In this document: positions 40,954 to 50,136 of the stretch, one piece after another | How positions within the stretch are numbered: position 1 is the first letter of the stretch | Layout: each line of letters begins with the position of its first letter | DNA from: Actinomycetes bacterium | GTDB lineage: Bacteria; Actinomycetota; Actinomycetes; Mycobacteriales; Pseudonocardiaceae | Direction of reading: 5' to 3' | NCBI GenBank assembly: GCA_021793175.1 | Contig: JAJYTH010000001.1 | Location: forward strand, 4,211-68,210 | DNA: 64,000 bases | Translations under genes and position numbers: made by a program | Notes under the pieces: model-generated | What the model was told of the DNA's origin: nothing | What the model saw: the letters and a program-made list of their open reading frames with translations, nothing else | Databases searched by the model: none

Positions 40954-41033
40954 TCACACTCGTCCCCAGATGGGAGACGAAAACCGCAGGTGATCGTCGC
41001 AGACCCACGGCGAAGGTCACGCACCCGGTCCGG

Positions 41034-42209
41034 CTACGCCCAGGCCGACCCCGTTCCGTAGGTGGCCGGCGCTGTGAGCGCGCTGTGCACGTCGTCCCTG
41101 CACAGCACTCCCAGAGGCCTGCCGTCGGTGTCCACGACGAGGAACTGCCAGACCGGGATCTCGTTGACGTGTTCGGCGATCTCGGCCGTCGAGTCGGAGT
41201 TCAACAGAACCGTCTCGGCACGGATCGGCTCCGCTGCCAGTTCGGCGGGCGATTGGGGTGCCGAGGCCGCTAGGCGCTCGGCGGCCTCGGCGTCGAGTAA
41301 TCCGGCGGCCACGCCGTCGGCTCGCACGAGCACCACGCCGCGCCCCGCCGAGGCGGCCAGCGCCGCCGACACCGGGCTCTCAGCGGGAAGCTGCAGCACG
41401 GGACGCATGAGGTCGGTCACCGACAGGCCCTCGGGCCAGGGCCTTCTGCCTTCCGAGGCGAACTCCGTGGTAGCGCCCATCGCGACGAACCACGCCGTCA
41501 CCACTCCGACACCGAGACGCAACCAGCGGTCCTCGCTGCCCTGGGCCAGGCCCCACAGAGCCCATCCGATCAGGGCCACGGCCACCAGCCCGCCACCGAC
41601 GACGGCCACCCGAGTGCCCGCCGAACGAGCGCCGTGCAAGGCCCATACCCCGGCTCTCAACAGGCGGCCCCCGTCGAGCGGGAGGCCGGGGAGCAGGGTG
41701 AACACGCCCACGGCCCCGTTCGCCACCGCGCACTGCGCCACCAGCAACCACACGGCACCATCGTCGGGAACGGCCAACAGCAGCGCCCAGCACACCAGCG
41801 CCAGAACGAGCGACACCGCGGGCCCCGCCACCGCGACCAGCGCCTCCTGCCTGGGAAGACGTGGTGACCGCGCCAGCTCCGACAACCCGCCGAGCAGGAA
41901 CAACCGCACCCGCCGCACCGGCATGCCGAGCCTCAACGCCACCAGACAGTGCCCGAGTTCGTGTGCCAGCACCGACGCTCCGAGCAGTACGGCGAAGGCT
42001 CCTGCCAACACCGCCGACAGCCCGAAACCGGTGCCGGGCAGCAGGCGCGTCACCAGTGGGGTGTAGAGCACCACGATGAGCAGGGAGCCGATCCACCACG
42101 AGCCGGCGAGTAACACGGGCACCCCGCCGACGCGGAAGAGCAGCATGCCGCCGTCCACGGAGCCCCCGCTCCGGGACCAGCCACGTTCGTACTCGCTGCC
42201 CGCGTGCAC
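41034..42209 (-). CDS. site-2 protease family (M50) metalloprotease with CBS pair
   Basis: HELGH zinc motif inside a TM helix, a second motif region (LLPGLPLDGG) and a C-terminal CBS-like pair. Alternative starts are GTG 42158 and ATG 42146. Confidence 0.85.
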   Translation of the reverse strand: MHAGSEYERGWSRSGGSVDGGMLLFRVGGVPVLLAGSWWIGSLLIVVLYTPLVTRLLPGTGFGLSAVLAGAFAVLLGASVLAHELGHCLVALRLGMPVRRVRLFLLGGLSELARSPRLPRQEALVAVAGPAVSLVLALVCWALLLAVPDDGAVWLLVAQCAVANGAVGVFTLLPGLPLDGGRLLRAGVWALHGARSAGTRVAVVGGGLVAVALIGWALWGLAQGSEDRWLRLGVGVVTAWFVAMGATTEFASEGRRPWPEGLSVTDLMRPVLQLPAESPVSAALAASAGRGVVLVRADGVAAGLLDAEAAERLAASAPQSPAELAAEPIRAETVLLNSDSTAEIAEHVNEIPVWQFLVVDTDGRPLGVLCRDDVHSALTAPATYGTGSAWA

Positions 42210-42336
42210 TCGTCGAGGGTAGAACGTGTCGTGTCAGATACCGGTGACCTCCCACGGACCTCCCACGTGTCGCACCGGCGACCCGCCGCCGACGGGCCGG
42301 CCGTTCTTGTCGGAGGATGCGGCTACGCTGCCCGGC

Positions 42337-43239
42337 ATGGCCAACGGCAGCACGACGACCGACACCGCGAACGCCGCCGCACCGACGGGCAAGGCGGCGC
42401 GACGTCCCGCCCTGTCTCCGTCGAGGGCCAGCGACTTCAAGCAATGTCCGTTGCTGTACCGCTTCCGTGCCGTGGACCGGCTTCCCGAGCCTCCCACCAA
42501 GGCACAGGTGCGAGGCACGCTCGTGCACTCGGTCCTGGAGCGCATGTTCGGCCTACCGCGCGCCGACCGAACCCCCGAACAAGCCAAAGAACTACTCCGT
42601 CCTACCTGGTCACAGCTGTCCAAGGAATGTCCGGAATGGATGGAGTTGTTCGACGGGGAGAACTCCGACAAGGAACTGGCGCAGTGGTTGACCTCCGCGG
42701 AGAGGCTGCTCGACTCGTACTTCGAGTTGGAGGATCCGCGCCGACTGGATCCCGAGGCGTGCGAACTGCACGTCGAGACCGAACTCAGCTCCGGGGTACT
42801 GCTGCGCGGCTACATCGACCGGCTCGACGTCGCCGCGACCGGTGAGATCCGGGTCGTGGACTATAAGACCGGTGCCGCACCGAGGGAAATCGGTGAGGCG
42901 AAGGCGATGTTCCAGATGAAGTTCTACGCCGTGGTGTTGTGGCGGCTGCGGGGCATCGTGCCGCGACAGCTCAAGCTCCTGTACCTCAGTGACGGTCAGG
43001 CGCTGGCCTACACTCCCGACGAGCCCGAACTGGCCCGTTTCGAACGGACTCTGGAGGCGATCTGGCAAGCCATTCTGCGAGCGGGTAGGACGGGTGACTT
43101 CCGCCCCAGCCCGAGTAAGTTGTGCAGATGGTGCTCCCATCAGGCGCTGTGTCCGTCGTTCGGAGGCACGCCACCGGAGTACCCGGGTTGGCCGGAACCG
43201 GACTCCGGCGAGGAATCGGTGCTGGACCGCGCGGATTGA
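42337..43239 (+). CDS. RecB-family PD-(D/E)XK nuclease (Cas4-like Cys cluster)
   Basis: SPSRASDFKQCPLLYRF, nuclease motifs (GYIDRLD...VVDYKTG) and C-terminal CRWCSHQALCP. It resembles Rv2119. I chose ATG 42337. Confidence 0.8.
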   Translation: MANGSTTTDTANAAAPTGKAARRPALSPSRASDFKQCPLLYRFRAVDRLPEPPTKAQVRGTLVHSVLERMFGLPRADRTPEQAKELLRPTWSQLSKECPEWMELFDGENSDKELAQWLTSAERLLDSYFELEDPRRLDPEACELHVETELSSGVLLRGYIDRLDVAATGEIRVVDYKTGAAPREIGEAKAMFQMKFYAVVLWRLRGIVPRQLKLLYLSDGQALAYTPDEPELARFERTLEAIWQAILRAGRTGDFRPSPSKLCRWCSHQALCPSFGGTPPEYPGWPEPDSGEESVLDRAD

Positions 43240-43272
43240 CTTTCCGTGCGCTGGACTTTCAGGAAGGCGACA

Positions 43273-44061
43273 GTGGAGGCGTTCTACCTGTCTCGCGGCG
43301 ACGGCCGCTACCTGCCCACCGAGCACACGGTGGGGCCGTGGACCCCCGACGCACAACACTTCGGTCCGCCGTCGGCCTTGTTGGTACGCGAGCTGGAGGC
43401 CCTGCCGCAGGATGCGAAGTCCGGGGAACGGCAACTCGCCCGAGTCACCGTGGAAATCCTCGGGCCTGCACCACTGTCCGAACTCACCGTGTCGGCCCGG
43501 GTGTCCCGTCCCGGCCGGTCGGTGGAACTGTTGTCGGCCGAGCTCGCGGCGAGTGACCGGGTCGTCGCCCGCGCCTCGGCGTGGCGCATGGCGGCCACCG
43601 ACACCGGGGAGGTCGCCACCGGGACCGAACCTCCGCTGCCCTCGGTCGCCGACTGCTCCGAGGCGCTGTGGCCCACCGGCTTCCGGTTCCACGGCGGTTA
43701 TCTCGATGCCGTGGAATGGCGCGCCGTGCGGGGAACCGTAACCGGCACAGGCCCCGCCGCCGTGTGGGCGCGGCAACGCGTCCCCCTCGTCGACGACGAG
43801 AAACCCAGCCCGCTCCAGCGTCTCTTCGTGATCGCCGATTCCGGCAGCGGGGCTTCGAACGTGCTCGATCCGGCGCAGTGGCTGTTCATCAACTCGGAGC
43901 TCACCGTGCACGTGCTGCGCGAACCCGTGGGCGAATGGATCGGCCTCGACGCCGTCACCGCCATCGGGCCCCGCGGCGTCGGCACCGCGCGCAGCGCCCT
44001 GCACGACTGCGAAGGTCAGGTCGCGATGGGAACGCAGGCGTTGTTGGTACGTCACCGTTGA
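43273..44061 (+). CDS. thioesterase-like (double hotdog) family protein
   Basis: AFYLSRGDGRYLPTEHTVGPW...; it is the size and pattern of acyl-CoA thioesterase-like proteins. GTG 43273 is preceded by AGGAAGG. The longer ORF starts at 43246. Confidence 0.7.
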   Translation: MEAFYLSRGDGRYLPTEHTVGPWTPDAQHFGPPSALLVRELEALPQDAKSGERQLARVTVEILGPAPLSELTVSARVSRPGRSVELLSAELAASDRVVARASAWRMAATDTGEVATGTEPPLPSVADCSEALWPTGFRFHGGYLDAVEWRAVRGTVTGTGPAAVWARQRVPLVDDEKPSPLQRLFVIADSGSGASNVLDPAQWLFINSELTVHVLREPVGEWIGLDAVTAIGPRGVGTARSALHDCEGQVAMGTQALLVRHR

Positions 44062-44162
44062 CCCCTCACCAGCCGCGTTCGTCGTGCGTCAACTCCACGG
44101 CTGACTCGGCGGCGATGATCCACTAACCTGCTCGCAAACCAGGAGACGGGAGCTGGGGTACT

Positions 44163-45092
44163 GTGCAGATCACCTCGGTGGTCAACCAGAAGGGCGGGGT
44201 TGGCAAAACAGCGTTGAGCGTGGGCGTCGCCGCCGCCCTGGCCGAACGGGGCCGGAGAGCGCTGCTCATCGACCTCGACCCACAAGGGCACGCCACCTCC
44301 GAGATGCTCGGACTTCCCGAGCCGGGGCCCGAGGAACCAAGCCTGGCCAAGGCACTCACCAAGACCTGGCGAGGCCCGGTGGAGGAACTGGTCGTTTCCC
44401 ACCCGCGCTGCAATGTGGGCAAAGGCGGCGCGTTCGATGTGATTCCCACCTCACCGGGCATGTTCGACCTCGTGCGGAGGTTGGACCAGTTCCGTGTGCC
44501 GGGATGGCAGTTGGCCAGGGTCATCCAGTTCGCCAACTACGACCACATCATCATCGACTGCCCGCCAGCGATGGACGTCCTCACCAACAACGCGCTCGTA
44601 GCCAGCCACGGGGTTCTCGTGCCCGTGCAACCCGACCGCACCAGCATCAGGGCACTGAGGCTCATGCGCGAGCAGATCAGCTACCTGGAGTCGGCTGTGG
44701 GACGGCCACCTCTCGCCTATTACGGGTTGGTTCCCGGTCTCTATCGACGGCCCGTCTCCGCCTACGCCGCGGCGGCGTTACGTGAGCTGCAGGAACTCGG
44801 TATCCCCATGCTCGCGCACGTGCCTCTCGGCGTGGTGATGAACGAGGCGGCCGCGCACGGCGTCCCGGTGACCACCTTCGCGCCCGAGACCGTGCAGGCG
44901 GCGGCGTTCCGAGAGATCGCGCAGGTCCTCGACACCGTGACGCCTTCCGGCACGGCTCCTCCGAACCCGCCTGAACAGGACTTCGTGTTCGAGGAGTTCA
45001 TCGCCGAGGTGTCGAGTACCCGCGCAGCCAACGACAGCGGAGCCCGCCGCAAGCTCTACGACCTCTTGCCGAAACGGCACCGTCCGAGCTGA
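44163..45092 (+). CDS. ParA/MinD-family ATPase (orphan)
   Basis: Deviant Walker A NQKGGVGKTA, Walker A' LLIDLDPQG, Walker B IIIDCPP. It has a C-terminal extension of about 60 aa. Confidence 0.85.
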   Translation: MQITSVVNQKGGVGKTALSVGVAAALAERGRRALLIDLDPQGHATSEMLGLPEPGPEEPSLAKALTKTWRGPVEELVVSHPRCNVGKGGAFDVIPTSPGMFDLVRRLDQFRVPGWQLARVIQFANYDHIIIDCPPAMDVLTNNALVASHGVLVPVQPDRTSIRALRLMREQISYLESAVGRPPLAYYGLVPGLYRRPVSAYAAAALRELQELGIPMLAHVPLGVVMNEAAAHGVPVTTFAPETVQAAAFREIAQVLDTVTPSGTAPPNPPEQDFVFEEFIAEVSSTRAANDSGARRKLYDLLPKRHRPS

Positions 45093-45127
45093 CCCGCCCG
45101 CGGCGTGGTCCGGACATCGTCTCGGTG

Positions 45128-45973
45128 TCAGAGTCGGCAGGCCCGGATGTCGGATGCCAGGATAGCGCGGGCACCGACCGCCGCGAGCTCATCCATGATC
45201 GCGTTCACGCGTTTGCGTGGCACCATCGCCCGCACGGCCACCCTGTCGGTGTGGGCGAGAGGGGCGACCGTCGGAGACTCCAGGCCGGGTGTGATGGAGA
45301 TGGCCTGTTCGAGCAGTTCACGCGGGCAGTTGTAGTCCAGCATCATGTACTGCTGGGCGAACACCACGCCCTGCAACCGTGCGGCCAACTGGGCGATCTG
45401 CGCTGACTGCTCGGCCTCCGCCCTGCGCACGAGCACAGCCTCGGATACGCAGATCGGCTCGCCGAACGCGACGAGGTTGTGTTGCCGCAGTGTCCGTCCG
45501 GAACCGACGACGTCGGCGATGGCGTCGGCCACCCCGAGCTGCACCGAGATTTCCACGGCACCGTCCAGTCTGATGACTTCCGCCTCGATGCCGTGCCGGG
45601 CGAGGTCGTCCCGTACCAGCCTCGGGTACGACGTGGCCAACCGCTTGCCCTGCAGGTCCTGCACCGTCCACTCGTGTTCGGCGGGAGCGGCGTAGCGGAA
45701 CGTCGAGCCACCGAATCCGAGCGAGAGCGTCTCCACCACCGGCGCGCCGGAGTCGAGCGCGAGGTCCCGTCCGGTGATACCGAGATCGAGATCACCCGAG
45801 CCCACGTAGATGGGGATGTCCTTGGGGCGCAGGAAGAAGAACTCCACCTCGTTCACCGGGTCCAAAACGGTGAGATCACGCTGCTCATGTCGCTGCCGGT
45901 AGCCCGCCTCGCCGAGCATCTCCGACGCCGGCCCCGCCAGCGCTCCCTTGTTCGGCACTGCGACCCGCAGCAT
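45128..45973 (-). CDS. hisG: ATP phosphoribosyltransferase (long form)
   Basis: [25 protein letters not shown]... plus a C-terminal regulatory domain. GAGGAAGG lies 8 nt upstream of ATG 45973. Confidence 0.95.
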   Translation of the reverse strand: MLRVAVPNKGALAGPASEMLGEAGYRQRHEQRDLTVLDPVNEVEFFFLRPKDIPIYVGSGDLDLGITGRDLALDSGAPVVETLSLGFGGSTFRYAAPAEHEWTVQDLQGKRLATSYPRLVRDDLARHGIEAEVIRLDGAVEISVQLGVADAIADVVGSGRTLRQHNLVAFGEPICVSEAVLVRRAEAEQSAQIAQLAARLQGVVFAQQYMMLDYNCPRELLEQAISITPGLESPTVAPLAHTDRVAVRAMVPRKRVNAIMDELAAVGARAILASDIRACRL

Positions 45974-46098
45974 GATGGTGTCCTTCCTCACGTGACAATC
46001 GTGTGTGCGCGTGTGCGACGTGGCGGCCACGCCTTTCGCGCAACGTTCACTTCACCGCTTCCGAACATACGGCGCCACCCCGTTTCACGAGACGACGC

Positions 46099-46362
46099 TC
46101 ACAGGTACCGGTAGACGTCCTCCAACGTCACGCCCCGGCCCAGCATCAGCACCTGCACTCGGTACAGCAGTTGCGAAATCTCCTCGGCCAGCCGCTCGTC
46201 CGACTCGTACTCTGCGGCGATCCACACCTCGCCCGCCTCTTCCAGCACCTTCTTGCCCTGGGCATGAACGCCGGCCGCCAGCGCCTCGACTGTGCCCGAC
46301 CCCTCGGGCCGGGTGCGGGCACGCTCGGACAGCTCGGCGTAAAGCTCATCGAAGGTCTTCAC
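46099..46362 (-). CDS. hisE: phosphoribosyl-ATP diphosphatase
   Basis: 87 aa: [15 protein letters not shown]...[16 protein letters not shown]..., MazG-like HisE. It is upstream of hisG, as in mycobacteria. Confidence 0.95.
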   Translation of the reverse strand: MKTFDELYAELSERARTRPEGSGTVEALAAGVHAQGKKVLEEAGEVWIAAEYESDERLAEEISQLLYRVQVLMLGRGVTLEDVYRYL

Positions 46363-46510
46363 GAAACAGATCCTCGCATCCGCCGCCGCCTTCCCGTCGA
46401 GAGGCCCGCGCCGACCGGGAACAGTTCAGCGATGACCTTGGTTGTCCCCGTTGGCGGCATAGACTTGCTGAATCGACCCACTTGCCGTGCGCCAACGGAA
46501 AGGCTGTGGT

Positions 46511-47314
46511 ATGGGAAACAACAGGTTGCCGAACGACAACGCCGATCGCTCGCGCGAGCACGGGCGGCTGGATGTGCGGTTACCCGAGCACGTGGAAAAC
46601 ATCGACCAGGACAACGAGTACTGCTCTGTGCTGCTCGACGGCTCCTGGCAGCAGGTGCGGTTCCACGACTACGACCGAATCTTCACCATCCCTGGTCTTT
46701 ACGAACAACTGTTCCACGACCTCCTCGACTGCCGCTCTCCCGACGTCATCGGCAAGCTGCTGAAAGAAGAGCTGCAGCGCGACAACGTGGCCGCTTCGTC
46801 ACTGCGGGTCCTCGATCTCGGGGCCGGTAATGGAGTGGTCGGCGAGCAACTCCGGACGGTCGGCGCGGGCTACCTGGTCGGCGCGGACATCATCAGCGAA
46901 GCCAAGAATGCCGCGTTGCGGGATCGACCCGAGGTGTACGACGACTACCACGTCGTCGACATGACCCAGTTGACGGAGTCGGAACAGGAAACCTTCGCCG
47001 GCCACAGGTTCAACGCGCTGTCGTGCGTGGCGGCGCTCGGCTACGGCGACATCCCGCCCGCAGCGTTCCGCGCCGCCTTCAACTTCGTCTCCGACGGAGG
47101 GTGGGTCGCGTTCACCATCAAGGACCGGTTCCTGTCCGACTCCGACACCTCGGGTTTCGCCCGGTTGATCGAACGTTGCACCGAGGCGGGCATCCTGAAT
47201 GTCCGCGTGTCGGAACGGTACCGGCACCGGGTCAATGTGCGCGGTGAGCCACTCCACTACGTGGCACTGGTGGGGAACAAGCAGTCGGACATCCCCGCTG
47301 ATCTCCTGCCCTGA
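46511..47314 (+). CDS. class I SAM-dependent methyltransferase
   Basis: SAM motif I VLDLGAGNGVVGE sits after an N-terminal region of about 70 aa. I chose ATG 46511; the ORF opens at 46487. Confidence 0.7.
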   Translation: MGNNRLPNDNADRSREHGRLDVRLPEHVENIDQDNEYCSVLLDGSWQQVRFHDYDRIFTIPGLYEQLFHDLLDCRSPDVIGKLLKEELQRDNVAASSLRVLDLGAGNGVVGEQLRTVGAGYLVGADIISEAKNAALRDRPEVYDDYHVVDMTQLTESEQETFAGHRFNALSCVAALGYGDIPPAAFRAAFNFVSDGGWVAFTIKDRFLSDSDTSGFARLIERCTEAGILNVRVSERYRHRVNVRGEPLHYVALVGNKQSDIPADLLP

Positions 47315-47321
47315 CGCCGTG

Positions 47322-48050
47322 TCAGCACGGGGTGCGGAGCACCTCGTTCAGCACCGTCGCGTCAACGCCGACGAGTGACGAACGGAACACCCTCCGTGGC
47401 CCGGGCGGCACGTCCACCTCGTTGGGCACGACGAGCACCGTGCAGCCCGCGGCCGCGGCGGACTCCGCACCCACCGGGGAGTCCTCCACGGCCACGCAGT
47501 GTGTCGGGTCGACGCCGAGGAGGCGCGCAGCCCGCAAATACGGCTCGGGGTGAGGTTTGTTGAGCCCGTCCACCTCGTCGCCGCAGACGGTGGTGTCGAA
47601 CAGTTCCGCTCCGATGGTGCGAAGCGCCAGCTCGGTCAGTGGCCGTTCGGTGGAGGTGACCAGCGCGGACGGGATGCCTGCCTCGCGCACGGCCACAAGC
47701 GCGTCGCGAGCGCCCTCACGCCACGGCAACTCGTCGGCGAACAACGTTCTCGTGCGATCGCGGATCCACTCGGCGACCTCGGCCGCCGACCGGTCGTCGA
47801 CGGGGTGCCCGGTCACCTCCAGTAGGTACCGGGAGGTGAGGGTCATGTTGGTTCCAACGAGCGTCGCACGCTGCGCAGGTGTCAACTCACCTCCCAACCG
47901 CTCCGCCGCTCCGTGGAGCGCGATGTCCCACAGCTTCTCCGAATCGACGAGTGTGCCGTCCATGTCCCAGAACACGGCGGCAACTCCGTCCACAGCGGAC
48001 GGTATGTCCACGGCTTCTCCTTCGAATCGACCGGGTCTCGACACTGCCAC
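47322..48050 (-). CDS. HAD family hydrolase (phosphatase, subfamily IA-like)
   Basis: Motif I FWDMDGTLVDSE, motif II LVTST, motif IV VEDSPVGAESA. The start may lie downstream of 48050. Confidence 0.8.
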   Translation of the reverse strand: MAVSRPGRFEGEAVDIPSAVDGVAAVFWDMDGTLVDSEKLWDIALHGAAERLGGELTPAQRATLVGTNMTLTSRYLLEVTGHPVDDRSAAEVAEWIRDRTRTLFADELPWREGARDALVAVREAGIPSALVTSTERPLTELALRTIGAELFDTTVCGDEVDGLNKPHPEPYLRAARLLGVDPTHCVAVEDSPVGAESAAAAGCTVLVVPNEVDVPPGPRRVFRSSLVGVDATVLNEVLRTPC

Positions 48051-48207
48051 ATTGCTGTCGAAGACGCGCCACTTCCTTGCGGTCCCGTATCCGGCGCCTC
48101 CGACAGCCTACGGACCCGGTCATACCGCATACGCAGCGTGTGCCCCGAGGCCCGGCGCCCGCGGACGGATTCCCGGAAATACCGGATCGGGCCGTAGGCT
48201 GGTAACT

Positions 48208-49101
48208 GTGAGTACGCCCTTCGACGAGACGACGCAGAACCGGTCGGAATCGAAGCCGGTGATGATCCTGGCTTTCGAAGGCTGGAACGACGCTGGTGAT
48301 GCAGCCAGCACTGCGTTGGAGCACCTACAGCTGAACTGGGACGCCAAGCCCCTGGCCGAGATCGACCCGGACGACTACTACGACTTCCAAGTCAGCCGCC
48401 CCACCGTACGACTGGTGGACGGCGTGACCAGGCGGGTCGAGTGGCCGACGACGAGGCTGTCGGTGTGCAGACCGGAAGGGGTCGACCACGACATCGTGTT
48501 GGTGCACGGCCCCGAACCCAACCTGCGCTGGCGGGCGTTCTGCAACGAGCTGTTGGAACATATCGACCGGCTCGGGGTATCGACCGTGGTGACATTGGGT
48601 GCGCTACTGGCCGACACTGCGCACACCCGCCCGGTCCCGGTCACCGGAACGGCCTACGACGCCGATGCCGCAGCCCGGTTCGGACTGGAGCGCAACCGCT
48701 ACGAGGGGCCGACCGGCATCGTCGGCGTGCTGCAGGACGCGTGCGTGAACGCGGGGGTGCCCGCGGTGTCGGTATGGGCCGCCGTGCCGCACTACGTGTC
48801 CCATCCTCCATCGCCGAAAGCCACTTTGGCGCTGCTGCGCAAACTGGAGGACGTACTCGACGTGCGTATTCCGATGGGCGCTCTCCCGGAGCAGGCCGAG
48901 GAATGGCAGCAGACGGTGACCGAGATGGCCGACGAAGACGACGAGGTGAGCGAGTACGTGCGCAGCCTCGAGGAACTCGGCGACGCCGAAATCGTGCTCG
49001 ACGAGATCAGCGGTGACAAACTCGCCGCGGAGTTCGAACGCTACCTGCGCAGGCACCGCCCCGATGGCGGTGGTGGGAGCTCAGGATCGACTGAGGAGTA
49101 G
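48208..49101 (+). CDS. PAC2 (proteasome assembly chaperone-like) family protein
   Basis: PVMILAFEGWNDAGDAASTALEHL... is Rv2125-like. I chose GTG 48208. The ORF-track ORF from 47557 has an N-terminal part that is antisense to the HAD gene. Confidence 0.85.
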   Translation: MSTPFDETTQNRSESKPVMILAFEGWNDAGDAASTALEHLQLNWDAKPLAEIDPDDYYDFQVSRPTVRLVDGVTRRVEWPTTRLSVCRPEGVDHDIVLVHGPEPNLRWRAFCNELLEHIDRLGVSTVVTLGALLADTAHTRPVPVTGTAYDADAAARFGLERNRYEGPTGIVGVLQDACVNAGVPAVSVWAAVPHYVSHPPSPKATLALLRKLEDVLDVRIPMGALPEQAEEWQQTVTEMADEDDEVSEYVRSLEELGDAEIVLDEISGDKLAAEFERYLRRHRPDGGGGSSGSTEE

Positions 49102-49130
49102 AGAACGGTCCTCCGGGTTCGACAAGTCCG

Positions 49131-50018
49131 TCACAACACGCGCCGAACGGGCACAGCGCCCCGCGCACGCCGACTCCACTCACGCGGGTAGCCCAGCGAC
49201 ACTTCCTCGAAGCGCACCCCGTCACGATAGGTGGTGCGCGGAATGTGCAGATGTCCGTACACGGCGACCTCCGCGCGGTAACGCACGTGCCAATCGCTGG
49301 TCTCCTCGGTACCGCACCACATGGCGAACTCCGGGTAGTACAACGGCTCGGTGGGATGCCGGTGCAGCGGCCAGTGTGAGACGAGGACCGTGCCGTGGTC
49401 GGAAGGGATGTCGACCAGGCGCTTTTCGCTGTATTCCAGCCGCTGTGAACACCACTCCTGACGGCTGGGGTAGGGGTCGGGGTGCAGGAGGTACTCGTCG
49501 GTGCACACCACCCCCGCTTCCCTCGCCTGCCGCAGCGCCTCAGACAGTGGCGCTCCCTCGGCCGACGGGGTACGCCAGCTGTAGTCGTAGAGGAGGAACA
49601 GCGGGGCCACCACGAGCGGCCGTTGCGCGTGTCGCCACACGGGGAACTCGTCCTCCGGTGTGAGCACGTCGATGCCGCGGCAGCGATCCACCAACTCACG
49701 GTAGCGGTCCTCACCACGATGCTGATCAGGGTCTTTGACCGTGGTCCACAACTCGTGGTTGCCGGGAACCCACACCACGGTCGCGAATCGCTCCCGCAGC
49801 CGCGCGAGCGTGTCGATAACCGCACCCATCCGTTCCCCCACGTCACCCGCCACGATCAACCAGTCCTCGGGGGTTTCGGGACGGATCTGGTCCACGAAAG
49901 GTTCGTTGCCCCGGTGGGTGATGTGTAGGTCACTGGTGGCATACAGGTTGGGCACGTACCCACAGTATCCGGTAGGGGCAAGCCCTCGACTCTTCGGAGC
50001 GAAATCGTTGGCGGTCAT
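49131..50018 (-). CDS. metallophosphoesterase
   Basis: Calcineurin-like motifs SDLH, AGDVGE, GNHE and GHLH. Confidence 0.85.
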   Translation of the reverse strand: MTANDFAPKSRGLAPTGYCGYVPNLYATSDLHITHRGNEPFVDQIRPETPEDWLIVAGDVGERMGAVIDTLARLRERFATVVWVPGNHELWTTVKDPDQHRGEDRYRELVDRCRGIDVLTPEDEFPVWRHAQRPLVVAPLFLLYDYSWRTPSAEGAPLSEALRQAREAGVVCTDEYLLHPDPYPSRQEWCSQRLEYSEKRLVDIPSDHGTVLVSHWPLHRHPTEPLYYPEFAMWCGTEETSDWHVRYRAEVAVYGHLHIPRTTYRDGVRFEEVSLGYPREWSRRARGAVPVRRVL

Positions 50019-50136
50019 GGAATCAGCGCGTTACAGTCGAGGCGCCATGAAAAACTGACACCGAGTCCGCACCCGCGCCCAGAGGCACTTGCCCGGCGGG
50101 TGGTCGATGCTCTCCCCCACGGACCGGTGGTGCTTC

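Noticed and set aside
42210-42336. I looked for PafBC-type (TGTCGGTG-N8-TANNNT) and LexA SOS-box (TCGAAC-N4-GTTCGA) motifs upstream of the RecB-like nuclease, helY and the 5'-3' exonuclease.
   Set aside because: By eye I found only partial resemblances (for example TGTCGTGTCAGATAC at about 42225) and no convincing match. This needs a proper matrix scan.
46511-47314. A methyltransferase divergent from hisE-hisG, considered as a possible histidine-modifying (ergothioneine/ovothiol-type) enzyme.
   Set aside because: Only a generic class I SAM motif is recognisable. The link to histidine metabolism rests on adjacency alone, and the genes are divergently transcribed.
47557-48207. N-terminal 217 codons of the 514-aa ORF 47557..49101.
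   Set aside because: This part is antisense to the HAD hydrolase gene and looks non-protein-like. The PAC2 homology begins right after GTG 48208.
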